Shown here: positions 25,368-39,702 of the stretch, one piece after another | How positions within the stretch are numbered: position 1 is the first letter of the stretch | Layout of the letters: each line of letters opens with the position of its first letter | NCBI RefSeq assembly: GCF_006345805.1 | Contig: NC_042997.1 | Location: 125,240,001 to 125,304,000, forward strand | Reading direction: 5' to 3' | DNA: 64,000 nt | Origin: Octopus sinensis | Taxonomy: Eukaryota | Translations under genes and position numbers: made by a program | Notes under the pieces: model-generated | What the model was told of the DNA's origin: nothing | What the model saw: only the letters and a program-made list of their open reading frames with translations | Database searches by the model: none

Positions 25368-26352
25368 TACAGGTGTTCAAAAGTATCCATCACATAAGCA
25401 AAATCCTTTATTATATATATATATGGACATATATCTATGGTTGATTGCAGTTATTCAAAACAATCTAAATATTTGTAATGAATAGACGATTGAACTGGAA
25501 CGTATACGGACTGGTACTGATTTCATTGATTCCTGAGGTAAAATTATCTAGGAGGTATTTGAACTCGAAATATTATTACTGGAAATGTATTGTTGATTCT
25601 ACATTCTAATTTGACAATACATTGCTTCCTAACATAGACACGAGATCATACAATTTGGGGAAAGAATATTTGATTAAGTCGCTCTAGGTACGTGGGTGGT
25701 TCTTATATTATCACGCTCAGAAAGGTAAGAAGCAAAACATTAAGGATACTGAAAAATAATTTCGTATTTTCAAGCAAATAGTCTGACGTTCAACCACAAA
25801 ATATCCCTGAGGCTTAATAAACTTTATTCCACTATGCATGATCATCTGAAGCAGATTGGGAAAGTGCATTGAGAAGGGAAAGATTACTCATGAGCTATCT
25901 CACAAGGGTAATCAAGATAAATTTACTAGGCTGAGAAATCTCTACCTCATCCCCCCTCCTCATCAGACCGCGTACCATCATATGGTACTAGGTGTCAACA
26001 CTATACCAATGGAAAGATATTCAGAGGCAAGGACGAAGTCGAAAAGTCAGTCTAAACATTTTTTTTTCTTTTCTAAGGAAAATGATTCTTTTGACCCGAA
26101 GAATGAGAGAACTGGTTATTATATTTTGAATGATTTCGAGACCCCTAATAGATCTAGCAAAGGTTCGAACTTAGAAGGTAAATGGGTCTAACTTATAGGG
26201 CGTGATATACGGTCTTACTCTTTACTGCTTCTGCTAAACTACCAGAACCCAGACTAATATTTATCTAATAGTGCTACAAGACTTAATTGGTGGGGAGGTG
26301 ATGTAGAGTATGTCGCCTTGGACTTGTATTTTATGAAGTAGATATGACTTTG

Positions 26353-26612
26353 TGGAGGAGCGTGGCTTAGTGGTTAGGGTATCAGCTTCATGATCGTAAG
26401 ATTGTGGTTTCGATTCCTGGACCGAGCGACGCGTTGTGTTCTTGAGCAAAATACTTCATTTCACGTTGCTCCACTCCACTCAGCAGGCAAAAATGAATAA
26501 CGCTGCGATAGACTGGCGTCTCGTCCAGCTGGGGAACACATACGCTATTGTAACCGGGAAACCGGGCCCATGAGCCTGGTTAGGCTTTGAAAGGGCGCAT
26601 TTATTTTATTTT
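26353..26612 (+). mobile_element. tRNA-derived SINE family C with 11-bp TSD
   Basis: A-box tggcttagtgg, B-box-like gtttcgattcc, internal gcgatagactggcgtctcgtccag (V-domain-like). TSD atatgactttg at 26342-26352 and 26613-26623. Confidence 0.9.
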
Positions 26613-27718
26613 ATATGACTTTGAAGATATTTTGGTCCGTATAGTATTTAATGTTACAGACAACATTTATAAGTTGTGAATATAATTTTCCACATAGTGG
26701 GTCATTATATTCTAGTCTGAACGTTTAGATGGGTTTAAAATGGATATTACTAACATCATTAATTGTTTATAAATATAAAAACGATATATTAACATCATTG
26801 CTTAACACCACTGACACAAAATATCCGTAGTCATTCCAATAGACAAGGTCGCTCCATCTATTATATTTTGAAGTGAATGCTTAGTGGTTCTCCACCTTTG
26901 AATGTCGAAATTCAGAGTATCTGTGATTCTAATAGACAAGGTCGATCCTACAGTTTTGTTGTGAAGTGAACATTTAGTGGAACATTTAAATTCTATACTC
27001 AACTGATAAAATAGTTCTTTGCCGAATCGAATCGTTAAAAATTTCCAATTACTGCCGAGAACATTCGTAGCGTCAGTTATAACTTTCAGCTTGTATCATT
27101 CAAACGTAGGTAGTTTTTTCACGCACGAAATTTCCCTCCAGGGATTTGTCAGTTTATTAAAAGATTCCAACCAAATTCATAGAATTCTTTGAAGTTTCCT
27201 TAATGTGTCTCCAAAGATATGTAAGGAGTGTTCCACTCAGCAATATTGACTTTACTTCAGCGTCTCGGGAAATATCAAGTGTTCAACAAACATATACACA
27301 TCTTACAGTACTTAGTAAGTCTCAGTAGTAATGTTATTGATGTGCATTTATTAAATAATGGAGAGAAAATTAAATCAGAGTTAATTTCTTCATTGCCTCT
27401 CGTTGTTCCCCATGATAGTGAAGGCGGTGATCCAGAATAGTCTCGGTTATATTGACTAAAACAAACCGAAGATCAAAATAGCTAGTAGGACAAAAGGACA
27501 ATGATATGTGTGTGTGTGAACGAGAGAGAGAGAGAGAGAGAAAGAGAGAGTGAGTATGTGTGTGTGTGTGTGCGCGTGCGTATGTATGTGAGTGTCTTGT
27601 GTGTGTATATATATATGTATGTATGTATATATATATATATTTAGATTTAGATTTAGATTAAGGGCATTACATACATAAATGCCTCACGCTAGGAAGTACT
27701 CTTAAAGTCAACACTACC

Positions 27719-27750
<32 letters not shown>

Positions 27751-27821
27751 ATATATAATATATATATATATATATAATGTATGTGTGTGTGTGTGTGTGT
27801 GTATGTGGTGTGTGTATGTGT

Positions 27822-28142
27822 GTGGGGCTCAGTGGTGTGGAGCGTCGTGCTCACAATCATGAAGTAGTGGGCTCGATTCCCGGACCGGGCTGTGTGTTGT
27901 TTTCTTGAGCAAGACACTTTATTTCACGTTGCTCCAGTTCACTCAGCTGTAGAAATGAGTATCGACGTCACTGATACCAAGCTGTATCGGCATTTGCCTT
28001 TCCTTAGGATAGCATCTCTGGCGTGGAGAGGGGTGGCTGATATGCATGGGTGACTGCTGGTCTTCCATAAAACAAATTTGGCCGAACTTGTGCCTCGGAG
28101 GGAACTTTTGGTGCAATTCTATGGTCATTCATGAGCGAAGGG
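27822..28142 (+). mobile_element. SINE related to family C (same 5' half, different 3' part)
   Basis: Shares cttgagcaagacactttatttcacgttgctcca..cactcagc with the 26353 copy. Confidence 0.8.
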
Positions 28143-28157
28143 TAAGTAAAAAATATA

Positions 28158-29392
28158 CGAGCTAAGTCAAAAATTATCCGCACTTTCGCCATAACATATC
28201 TCTATTATAGTTACATTGGCTTCTGCGCATGCGTGCTTATAGTTGCTACTATTGTAGGCACATGACCGAAGTTTGATCATGATCGCGACCTTTTTTTTTC
28301 TCACTTTACAATGTAAGCATGGCCGCCCCACTAGCAATGTGCACCAAAGATGAACAAAGAGCAGTGATCCGATTTCTCTAATTGGAAGGTATGTCAGGTG
28401 CTGAAATTCATCGGAGGCTTTCAGGACAATACGGAGACAGTGCACTACCACTTAAAAGTGTGTATGAGTTGTTCGAGAAGTTTAAAAGTGACGGGACAAG
28501 CGTGATGCAACCTCTGCCACTGACGAGAACATTGAGCAAGTTCGAGAGACGGTAATGATGAACCGACGAGTTATCATCGATGAGGCAGCTCGTTCTCTGC
28601 AGATTAATTATGGTTCTGCCTATCGAATAATCCACGATGAGCTCGGCTTCCATAAAGTCTGTGAAAGATGTGGTGCCAAAATGCTTACGGCAGCACAAAC
28701 GCGAACGTCTTGAGGTCTGCCAACTATGAGGGCGAGAAATTTTTGAGCAGAATAGTCACAGGAGATGAAACGTGGGTATATCATTATGAGGTACAATCCA
28801 AGAGACAGAGTATGGAGTGGAAACATCCTGGCTCGCCTGCGACGAAGAAATTGAAGACTCAGTTTTCCGCGGGAAGGTGACGCTAACCATTTTTAGGGAC
28901 TCAAAACGGTCTATACTGGAAGACTAGTTCGAAAAGGGGTGTACGATCAACAGTGCACGATAGGGATTTACTGGCCAACAAACTGAAGCCAGCAATTTGC
29001 ACCAAATTAGAAGCTTATTGTTGAAGTAAGTTTTGTTGTTTCATGACAATGCACGCCCACACACGGCCACCCAGACCGTTGAAAACATTAACCAATTGGG
29101 TTTTGAATATCCTGCCTGCAGTCCAGGTCTCGCCCCTTCCGACTATCATATCTTTGAACCGCTCAAAGATGTCTTACGAGGTTGTCGATTTCTTAGAGAT
29201 GAAGACGTGAAGGAAGTGGTGAATAAATGGTTGCACGACAAACCGAAACCTTCTTGATGAAAATACGCGAGCTTGTGAAGTGCTGGATCAAGTACATCGA
29301 AGAGGAAAGAGACAAAACATACTTGATTACCCCCTGCTTTTGTTTAGATACATTGACAAAGCAAAGGTGCATATAATTTTTGACTCTCCCTC

Positions 29393-29393
<1 letters not shown>
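28158..29393 (+). mobile_element. Full-length, inactivated mariner transposon (irritans-like)
   Basis: TA-flanked TIRs cgagctaagtcaaaaattatccgcac and gtgcatataatttttgactctccctcg. ATG at 28319 (MAAPLAMCTKDEQRAVIRFL*LEG..EIHRRL), IVTGDETWVYHY, HDNARPH, SPGLAPSDYHIF. Multiple stops and frameshifts. Confidence 0.95.
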
Positions 29394-29427
<34 letters not shown>

Positions 29428-29428
<1 letters not shown>

Positions 29429-29647
29429 GATACGGTACTAAAAAGTTCCTGGCTTGAAAGATATCGCGAAAGGTCTACTCGCAGGCCCAACCTTCCGAGT
29501 TCTTTCACAGGGTTTAGAAAACTGGATGACCGACCGCACCAATAAATGTGTGAATATGAGAGAAGAATATCTTCAACAAAATCATAATTAACTGAGCCTC
29601 TTGTATTTTCTTTTACCCAAAGACAGGAACTACCCACCACACACTCA
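29428..29647. mobile_element. Mariner-derived MITE (~220 bp) in a TA tract
   Basis: Degenerate terminal repeats (..agttcctggct / ..agacaggaact..) and a mariner C-terminus-like remnant (KCVNMREEYLQ). Confidence 0.6.
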
Positions 29648-30484
29648 TATACATAAAATATATGCATACGTATGTATATTTATTTACACCTAATACATAT
29701 AATTTCTATTATCAATTTGAACGCGAAGAAGCTGTGGCCATGCGGCGGCAGCACCATTAGCATAGACCCCACCCTGTCTCTTTCCGAACATTGAAAGTAA
29801 AACATACTTTGTTAATTCATGAAACTGGTATCAAATTCAATATGTCACGAGTACATTATAACAGTATTAAATATTGAACAATAATAGTAAGCAATAGGAG
29901 GCAACACATGAAAATATTGAATTAACCCCAGACGTGAAACAGGAATATTTTAGATTGATTATGATTTTTAAATGTTCTTTACGTACGTAAAAGCATCGAA
30001 TATCAAAATTCGTAAAATTCAATATAACAAATCTCAGTTATACATTTTATATAAAGCACCAAATATCAATTTTAATTATCTTCATAAGAGACAAAAACCA
30101 TAAGTATTTAACATTCTGGAAATATAATTTTCAGTATTAGAAACGAATACTTACATAAATACATACATAAATAAATACATTTATGCATTCATATTTCATA
30201 CACACACATATGTACATACATGTATGCATACATACACACATCCATGCAATCATATATGCATACAAACATACATATGCACACATAGGAATATTTTGTAGTT
30301 GTATAGTTGTATGCCATAGATCCATTCATACATAGATAAATATCTATATGTGTGTTTGTGAGTGCGTGTATGTTTATATGTATTTGTGCGTATATATATA
30401 TCTCTCAAAACTGCGTGAAAATAAATGATAAATGTTTTGGGTATGTGAACAGTATATCTTTTAGATACATATGTTTGCGTGTAC

Positions 30485-30528
<44 letters not shown>

Positions 30529-32478
30529 ACAAAATAAGAAAATAGAGAAATACATCTAAATCAATTATCAACTACCAGATAATACCCAATCACATACTTT
30601 ATTAAACCACTACATAAGAACATTAAAGTCAAACATAATAATATAGAACAAAACAGTGTACATGAAGGAGTAATATGATACAATAAGTACAATATGTATA
30701 AGAGGATATAAATAAATATAAATAAATATAAATATAAATATAAACTACATCTTACAGCTGTTTCGGCCATGCAGATAAGGGTGTCTCATTTTACTTATAT
30801 TACCCATGTGTGATAGGTCAATATGTAGTTATAAATGAGACATTTACAAAAATATCCCTTCGGAGATTATGAAATACAAACCAAATTAAATATACACCCT
30901 TATAAGTGTGGGTACATACCCATAATATATCATGCACACATACATATGAGTGTATATACTCATACTCCTATATATATATATATATACATACATATACATA
31001 ATAATATAAATAATATAAATCAATAAACATACATATGTTCCATATTCAATGTTACAGTTTTTCAACTTAATATTATGATATTACAATGTAGAAAACATAC
31101 ACATATTAATACCCAAATGCAGATATACAGAGTCAAGAGTGCATTATATTAATTTATATTAATTTCCAAAATCTCATTAATGTTAACATCATTACTATTA
31201 TCATTACCACTAATGTTACCAATATCATTATTCTTATTATTAATAACACTAATACTAGCAAAACAATATATAGATCACATTATTAGCAATATAATAGCAA
31301 AACTAAGGACAACAATAGTACTACAGTACCATGCAAAGCATTAAATATCTGCATATACATACAAAATGAGAAATAAAAGCATTTGGTTTACATGATATTA
31401 AGCTCCACAGGTGTACAAATGTACATACGATTGCAATTTATAATGTCAACTGTTACACAAATACAGTATTACGTTCAGAAATAGTTAAGAATCGAACGCT
31501 AAAATATGATTGGCTTGTACATTTAAATTTAAATTACAATTGTCTTCTTTGCGGTTGGTTTGTTAAGAAACATCCACACACGCACACTTGCAAACGTGCG
31601 CCTATACGCACATACACAGACAAATCACAACACAAGAGATACCAGCCCACACACACACACACACACATGCTTACATACAAATCTACTCACATATATCCAT
31701 AAAAATGCGTACATGTAAGCACACAGACATCTATACCCAGTCGATGTACGTTATTATCATAAGATACGTAATTAAAATAACACCGTATATTTCGTAAACA
31801 AATTATCGTGCCACTAAAACTTCTATATCGTTACAATTTCTACTGTATTTCAATTCAAACTTTCACTCATAAACCAGCACAGGCATGGGAAAACTATACC
31901 AACATACACACACACACACACACGCGCGCATATCCGCACATATCGATAAACATTTATACACTCGCATGCACTGCATCTGCAAACATTCGCATATACATAT
32001 ATACATATTTAAATATGCATTTGCGTACTCATACGTATAAGAAAAACATATACACATATATCCACCCATGAATATACATATACATATAAAAACATACATA
32101 CACATGCATATACATATAAGCACATTTCGACATATCCACATATATTTACTAAATTACAAAATATATGTCTGCCCATCAAAGAACGTATAAATACATACAC
32201 AATAAGTTAACAGAAATTACTATTAATTAAGATATAAGGAAATAATTATAAATTAAATTAATAGAATAGATTTAGATGTATTTCTCCATTTTCTTATTGT
32301 ATTATTAATTTGTGGAAAAATATTTTACCTTTACCCATATATACAGTAAATGAATTAATTGCAATTGGCAATTCTTAACATTTAGTGTATAACTTTGTTG
32401 GGTACTTCATTAGCAGTTATTGGATATATGTTATCCCATGGAGGGTTGCATTTACAACCCCTATCTCAATTTGTATAT

Positions 32479-32509
<31 letters not shown>

Positions 32510-32581
32510 GATAATATACAAACATGAACAAGAGAGAAACACAGTATCGTTTATTAGACGCTCAGGAAAGGAAAGAAGGAG

Positions 32582-32616
32582 GGTTAACGTCTCGAGCGGA
32601 GCTCTTCGTCAGAACC
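32582..32616 (-). ncRNA. Minimal type I hammerhead motif (Penelope-type) within a ~160-bp TA-flanked element
   Basis: Minus strand reads GGTT-CTGACGA-A-GAGC tcc GCTC-GAGA-CGT-T-AACC. Stems I and II pair and the ACGT palindrome replaces stem III. One core change (GAAA to GAGA). Confidence 0.65.
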
Positions 32617-32704
32617 AGGAAAAAGTAAAGGTCCAAGGAAGGGAAGACAGAGAAAGAAAATCGCCAACGATACACACGCGGTCATATGTTAAAAATTATG
32701 TATG

Positions 32705-32772
<68 letters not shown>

Positions 32773-32940
32773 TATATATATACATATATATATATACATA
32801 TAATATATATATATTCAAAAAGCAATAAAGATTCAAGTTAATTTAAATGAATTTACTTGATATGGTACCTAACTTAGATGCACCAAAAAAAAAAAAAACT
32901 ATACTGTTTTAACAATACAGTAATGTGGGGTGATTATAAG

Positions 32941-33137
32941 CGAGAAAGAAGCAACAAGATGGATAGGTTTTTAGTACAATCGTTTCATACAAGGACAGGC
33001 TTTATTAAAAGTTGCAAAAATTACAGCATATAAACACGGGACACGTTTATATGCTGTAATTTTTGCAACTTTTAATAAAGCCTGTCCTTGTATGAAACGA
33101 TTGTACTAAAAACCTATCCATTCTTGTTGCTTCTTTC

Positions 33138-33140
<3 letters not shown>
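32941..33140. repeat. Near-perfect 200-bp palindrome (95/96-bp arms, 9-nt loop)
   Basis: 32941-33035 is the reverse complement of 33045-33140 apart from one 1-nt indel. Confidence 0.95.
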
Positions 33141-33172
<32 letters not shown>

Positions 33173-33248
33173 TATATATAGATATATATATATATATATA
33201 CATATATATAGATATATATATATATATATATTATATATATACATATAT

Positions 33249-33320
<72 letters not shown>

Positions 33321-33674
33321 GAAGAAGAAGAACTCAGATGTTAAAGGTTCACTACAACTGTTTCATATACCTTTCTATTGATGAATTATTTGATTACCTC
33401 ATAAAAAAACGTTTGCTTCCGGTGAATTTAAAACCTAAGATTGGGTTTTGAGGAATAAAGTACAAAGATGTAAAATGTGGATTGACACTCTTGTTTCGGT
33501 ATCTAGAAAGAGAGTCAAGTACTCAGGCACTTAAGTATAAACCCACTGCATATTATAAGCAGAAACAGCCGTAAGCTAATGAAGTCCATAAGATAATTCT
33601 TTATTTCTTCGTCATGTCATTTTCTTATTACTGTTCTGTACTCAACTAACGCTTTGTACTGAAGTATATGTATT

Positions 33675-33911
33675 CTTTTCTTTTATTCTTTTATTCGTTT
33701 CAGTCATTTGACTGCGACCACGCTGGAGCACCGTCTTTAGTCGAACAAAGCGACACCAGGAGTTATTCTTTGTAAGACTAGTACTTATTCTACTCGTATA
33801 TTTTGCCGAACCGCTAGGTTACGGGGACGTAAACACACCAACATCGGTTGTCAAGCGATGGTGAGGGTGACAAACACAGACGCACAAACACACACGAACA
33901 AACATACACAC

Positions 33912-33978
<67 letters not shown>

Positions 33979-34150
33979 TATATATATACGACAGGCTTTT
34001 TCGGTCTCCGTCTACCAAATCCACTCACAAGGATTTGGTCGGCCCGAGGCTATAGTAGAAGACACTTGCCCAAAGTGCGACGCTGTGGGACTGAACCTGG
34101 AACCATGTGGTTGGTAAGCTAGCTACTTACCGCACAATCACTCCTACGCC
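33675..34150 (-). mobile_element. SINE family B, full length
   Basis: Reverse complement of the complete family B sequence. Confidence 0.9.
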
Positions 34151-34539
34151 TACACCAGGTTATCAGTTTTGCAATGCCTAAACCAAATATACTTCGGGGG
34201 CGGGGGGCGTGTGTGTTGCGCGCGCGCGTATATACATATATATTCGTGTGTGTGTGTGTGTTTGTATGTATACATGTATGTATATCTGTTTAAATTTTAT
34301 TTTAAAATATATGAATGCAGACATGATGACTTGTTAAGAAGTTTCTTTGCAATCATGAATACATGGATTCGATCTCACAACGTTACATCCTGCTCGCGTG
34401 TCTTATGCCAAAGCGTCGGTTAGATTTGAGACTAATGAGTAAGACTGGATAGACTGAAACAGTGAAATAAAGTGAAGCAAAAACACAGACAAGAAGGGAA
34501 TTCTATATAGTATTTAATACTGGGCCTGGGACTGAAGAA

Positions 34540-34803
34540 ATGGCTGACTGTAAGAAAGACAAGCGAAATTGTGTATCTGGAGGAAATAGCACGGAACCAA
34601 CCTGTTATGATGACGAAAGATCCCGTGGCAGCAGAGCGTTTGTGGACCAGATTTTAACAGAAGGGCTGTCCTCGATTTTGAATCATTATTCTGTTAGGGA
34701 TCCCAATGGAATTCAGAAAAGAGTTAACAACTTAGCATCATATATTGAGTCCTCTCTTTCCCTATCGGTGGTAGAAAGTGATATTTTGCTGTATAGTAAA
34801 TAA
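34540..34803 (+). other. Unassigned 87-codon ORF in a non-repetitive block; possible exon
   Basis: ATG in gaaATGG context and non-low-complexity translation. No recognisable domain and no convincing splice donor. Confidence 0.15.
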
Positions 34804-36714
34804 GTTTGTGTAGTGTATATAAGTTTGTGTGTGCGTGTATGCATTGTACGTGTGTCTGCATGAGTGAGTGTGAGTATATCCGCGTTTGTGTGTTTGCCTG
34901 CATGTGGGTGTGTATGCGTGTGTCTGTGTGTATTTGTGTGTGCTTGTGTTGTGTATGTATGTGCTTGTGTGTGTATGTTGTGTGTGAATGTATTACAAAA
35001 AATATGCTATAATTCTGTACTTTATTGCATAAAACGTAGCGCAAAATCTAGCTAATTAGATTATACGTAAATTAAATCCGACAAGATTACAAATGCAAAT
35101 TCGACGGTTGCACATGTTACACTACTGTTTAAGTTGATACACTTTGTATGTTATTTATGATATTCACTGTCAATCCCTTTGAATTACGGTTCAGTCAACA
35201 TTTATCCTGTTTTAAAAAACAGATCTATCGACATTTCACGTTCGATGTACATATTTAGACAAAGGTTGAATAATATAAATATGAATATTAGATTGAAAAA
35301 TCTTCCTTCGCCAAATCATATAGTATTATGAAGAGAGTCTGTCAGATTTGAACGATTTGAGAGTTTGGAAATCGTCTTCGTGCGTAGACACCATCTAAAT
35401 TGCCATTTGAATGAAATTCATCTAGCCTTCGCTGAACTTTTAAATAATTAAAGCATATAAATCCCTCGTTATATCCAGATATGAAAGGAGTAACAAGTAT
35501 ATTTAAACACCAAATTTTGCTATATACTTTCCTTCTTATATTGTGTATATTTTATGTTTTTCACAGTAACGCTATGTTGTTACACATTCTTCTACTCTTT
35601 ACTTAAGTGACCCGCGAACTAAAATTGCTCTCTCCTTGTAATATGATTTTTTTTTTATATTCGTCCCACTTGTATTAGCACTACTCACATTATTATTGAT
35701 AGGACTGCTTCGTTTCTATCTTTCACTTCACAGAAAACCGAATAAATGTTCTCAACCAGAACAACCATCTTTAAATTGTCTTTATATCTTAAGACTCTTT
35801 ACATTAAATCACATCTTCATACGCATTTATTGTTCCTTTCGACACTCCTAATATTTCTTCTAAAAAAAGCCTAACATGGAATACAACCGAAATATTTTTA
35901 CCAATTAGCATCAATCATTTTACCTCATTTCACTATAAATCCTTTATTTACCACCCCTGTATAGCATTTTCAATATCACATCTGATATCAGTCCGATATC
36001 ATCTAATCATATATCTCTTCATTAAGAGATATATCATTTTTGATATAGGACATTTATTAAGCAAGTAGTCACTGGATCAAGAAGAGTAATCGCTTGAATG
36101 ATTGCACCCTGAGTAACAACTGTGATTTATCACAATTGAATGAATACAACTGCATGTATCAAATACTTTTTCCCACTTATCCAAACTTAAGCGTATATAT
36201 GTGTGAGTGTGTATGTGTATGTAGGTATGCATATTCATATGTATATATGTATATATGCGTATAAGTAAAGTGGTACATATGGAACGAGGAGAATAAAAGG
36301 CAGTGTTTGGTAGAGAAAAATTCAAACAGCAGTGAACAAAATGTAAGTAAAAAAGAAGAAAACCATAAAATACGGTGTGCAGCGAACTGTAGGCCGAAAA
36401 AAAGGACAAAGAGGAAAGAAGTTGAGGAACATATCAGGTGGACATTTCATCAAGAAAGAGAAAGGAACAAGATAAAAGAAACAAGTAAAGAAACAATATT
36501 CTAAAGAACAACGTGTGTATCTTGCTACTAAATTCTGTAGTTACATGTATGTATGTACGTATGTATGTATGTAAGTATGTATGTATGTATGTATGTATGT
36601 ATATATGTATGTATGCGTGTATGTATGTATGTATGTATGTTTGTGTTTGTATGTATGTATGTATGTATGTATATATGCGTCTATGTATGTATTTGTGTAT
36701 GTGTATATATATAT

Positions 36715-36757
<43 letters not shown>

Positions 36758-36882
36758 AACATACTACATATAACTGGCACTCTGCCGCTTACAACGACGA
36801 TGGTTCCAGATGATCCGACCTATGGAGCAGCCTGCTTGTGAAAATAACGTGCAAGAGGCTGAGCACTCCATATAAATATGTG

Positions 36883-36923
<41 letters not shown>

Positions 36924-36934
36924 ACATATATATA

Positions 36935-36976
<42 letters not shown>

Positions 36977-37199
36977 CATACACTCACACAGACACACACA
37001 TACACACACACATATATATATATACAAACGTGTGTATGTGTGTGTGTGAGAGTGAGTTCGCAGTGTGGTATGCTTGTGTTCTTTGTAGATTTGTATACCA
37101 AACAGTCAAAACCAATCATGACCTTAAGAACTGTTGTATGTTGTGTAACTAAACAAATAAGTGTGTCTTTACTCAATGTTCGGTCATCAAAAGTCACCA

Positions 37200-37244
<45 letters not shown>

Positions 37245-39243
37245 AGCTTTTGGCAAATATCACATATTTTCTTTTTGTGGAATTTTTGAGGTATTTAATG
37301 TACATAAATTCATAGCACCGGCTCGTCATGAGCTTTTGTGCACTCGCCGCTTAGGTAGACAAAATTTAACTTCGCAAATTTTTCTGCATGTATCTACAGT
37401 GTGTGTGTATTTTTGCACGCGCATGTGTGTTTGTGTATATCTGCAGATACACCATACTACGTTACACATAAACACAAACACTTTCACATACAGACATTTA
37501 CATAGACACAATTTCGCATATCAGACGCTCACATGTAGACACACGCTTACACACGCTCACACGTAGACACACGATCACACGCATTCACACGTAGGTACAC
37601 GATTACTCACACACTGCCGCATATATTTTTGCATGTTTGTGATGTGGTTAGAACATATATTCTCTACCTGTTCGATAATTCTGCAAGTGCTTTTTTCTGT
37701 TTTGCTATTCCTAGAGGTAGTATTAAACAAAAATTGGTTCTACTGAATTGCTTGTAGAATATCTTCTGTTCCAACTGATCAATACCATTTTCGATATTGT
37801 CAAGAGAGAAGTTCCATTTGGAAACGAAATAATACATTCTACTTTTAATTTTCCTTCAGACACATCAAAAACTAAAATATATCTGGAAAAAAAAATCTTT
37901 CGTAATTTAGTTCTGAGTGATTTCACATGTATTTGGTGATTAAATAAATTGAAGATTATACAATAAGGACCGGATTAGTAGGAATTATCTTGACGAGTAC
38001 GGTTTAATTGCATGACTTGACTATTGTTATGTGTATAGTTTGTTTGCAGTAAAAGTTTTTTGCTTTCTTTTGACCAACCAATAAAGATGAATTCTGTTGG
38101 AAATGGCTCAGATTGTACATAATAGATACAGTTTCTGTAGAATATATTTTGGTATTTCATGATTCTCGTTTCTAAACACGTCAGAATAAAATCAAAACGC
38201 TGATTTACACGAGGGTCAAGGTAGATTATCAAAGAAATGACCATATGTTTTGTTTTGTTTTGTTTTTTCTCAATAGGTGCCTCTGTTATGGTTTGAAGAA
38301 AACGACGATTAGAGAAAAGCGATACTGTTCATAAATTAGGAAAGGGTCATAACTGTGCATTATATCACTCTGATTTTCCAGGTAGATTCACAGGAGTGGT
38401 TGTGTTCAATGTGAAATAAATGGATTCATAGAAACCTATGGTAATCACATAAATGCTGCTTTTGTGGACCCGGTTACAAACTACATAGTAATCCAATTCA
38501 CTGGAATAAAAAGTAGAGTCCTACGCAGCTGAAATCTTGTAGGTCAAGTCAATGAAGTTATTTCATGAAGAATATATAGAACATAAAGTCAGGATGTAGG
38601 GGAGATGAATATATTTATTTCACCAGTTGTTATCCGTAGGATGATAATCGTTTCGCAGCTTCATCATGTAATAATAATATTTTATTTTAGTGTATGATAA
38701 ATATGTCTGCACTAATATGCATGCTACACGTTCCATAGTACTGTTGTACATTAACAAAACAATGCAGATATAGAAGGCTAGCTCTTCAGATCAACAGAAC
38801 ACATACGTTGATTTGTAAATGTACGATTGTACAACGCAACATATAAGCATGCATATAAGGGCGACATGTAAAATAATTTATCGGATATCTACTGTTGAAA
38901 TAAATATATTCATTCTTCATACCACCTAACTATATTCTATGTCTATATACTTATATATGTGTATATGAGTGTCTTTGTGACTGTGTTTGTCCCCCACCAC
39001 CGCTTGACAACTGGTGGTGCTTTGTTCACGTCCCCCGTAACTTAGCGGTTCGGCTAAAGATACCGATAGTATAAGTAGCGAGCTGAGAAAAAACATAATA
39101 AGCACTGGGGTCGATTCGTTCGACTAAAAATTCCCCAAGCCAGTGCACCTGCGTGGCGGCAGTTTAATGAATAAAACAAATAAAAGGTAAAAGATATATA
39201 AATGTATGTATATATTCACAAAGTATATATGCACATACATATA

Positions 39244-39289
<46 letters not shown>

Positions 39290-39320
39290 CATAATATATA
39301 TATGCACATACATGTATATA

Positions 39321-39398
<78 letters not shown>

Positions 39399-39608
39399 TA
39401 TGTATATATGCATATGTATATATCTTGTAAAGCAAGTGAATGTGGTCTATTAGTAAAAATACTATTTAGCCTTAGGTGAGAAGTAAACATCATGGCCAAA
39501 CTTCAGGTTCTTTTTTTTTTTCTGTGTGACCAGAAAGATATTGATCTGAGTACTTTCAAACAGTGTTAACGTTTCATTTACGATCGATTACCCGTTTCCT
39601 GTTATCAA

Positions 39609-39702
39609 CAAAAATACTAACTTACAACTATTTATATAGTGTAGAGACTAAACTGAATTTCTCTGCTAAATTGTGCGTTTACTTAAAACACATGTTCATA
39701 GA
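39609..39702. repeat. 94-bp unique segment copied identically at 42995-43088
   Basis: caaaaatactaac...catgttcataga is identical at both sites. Confidence 0.95.
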
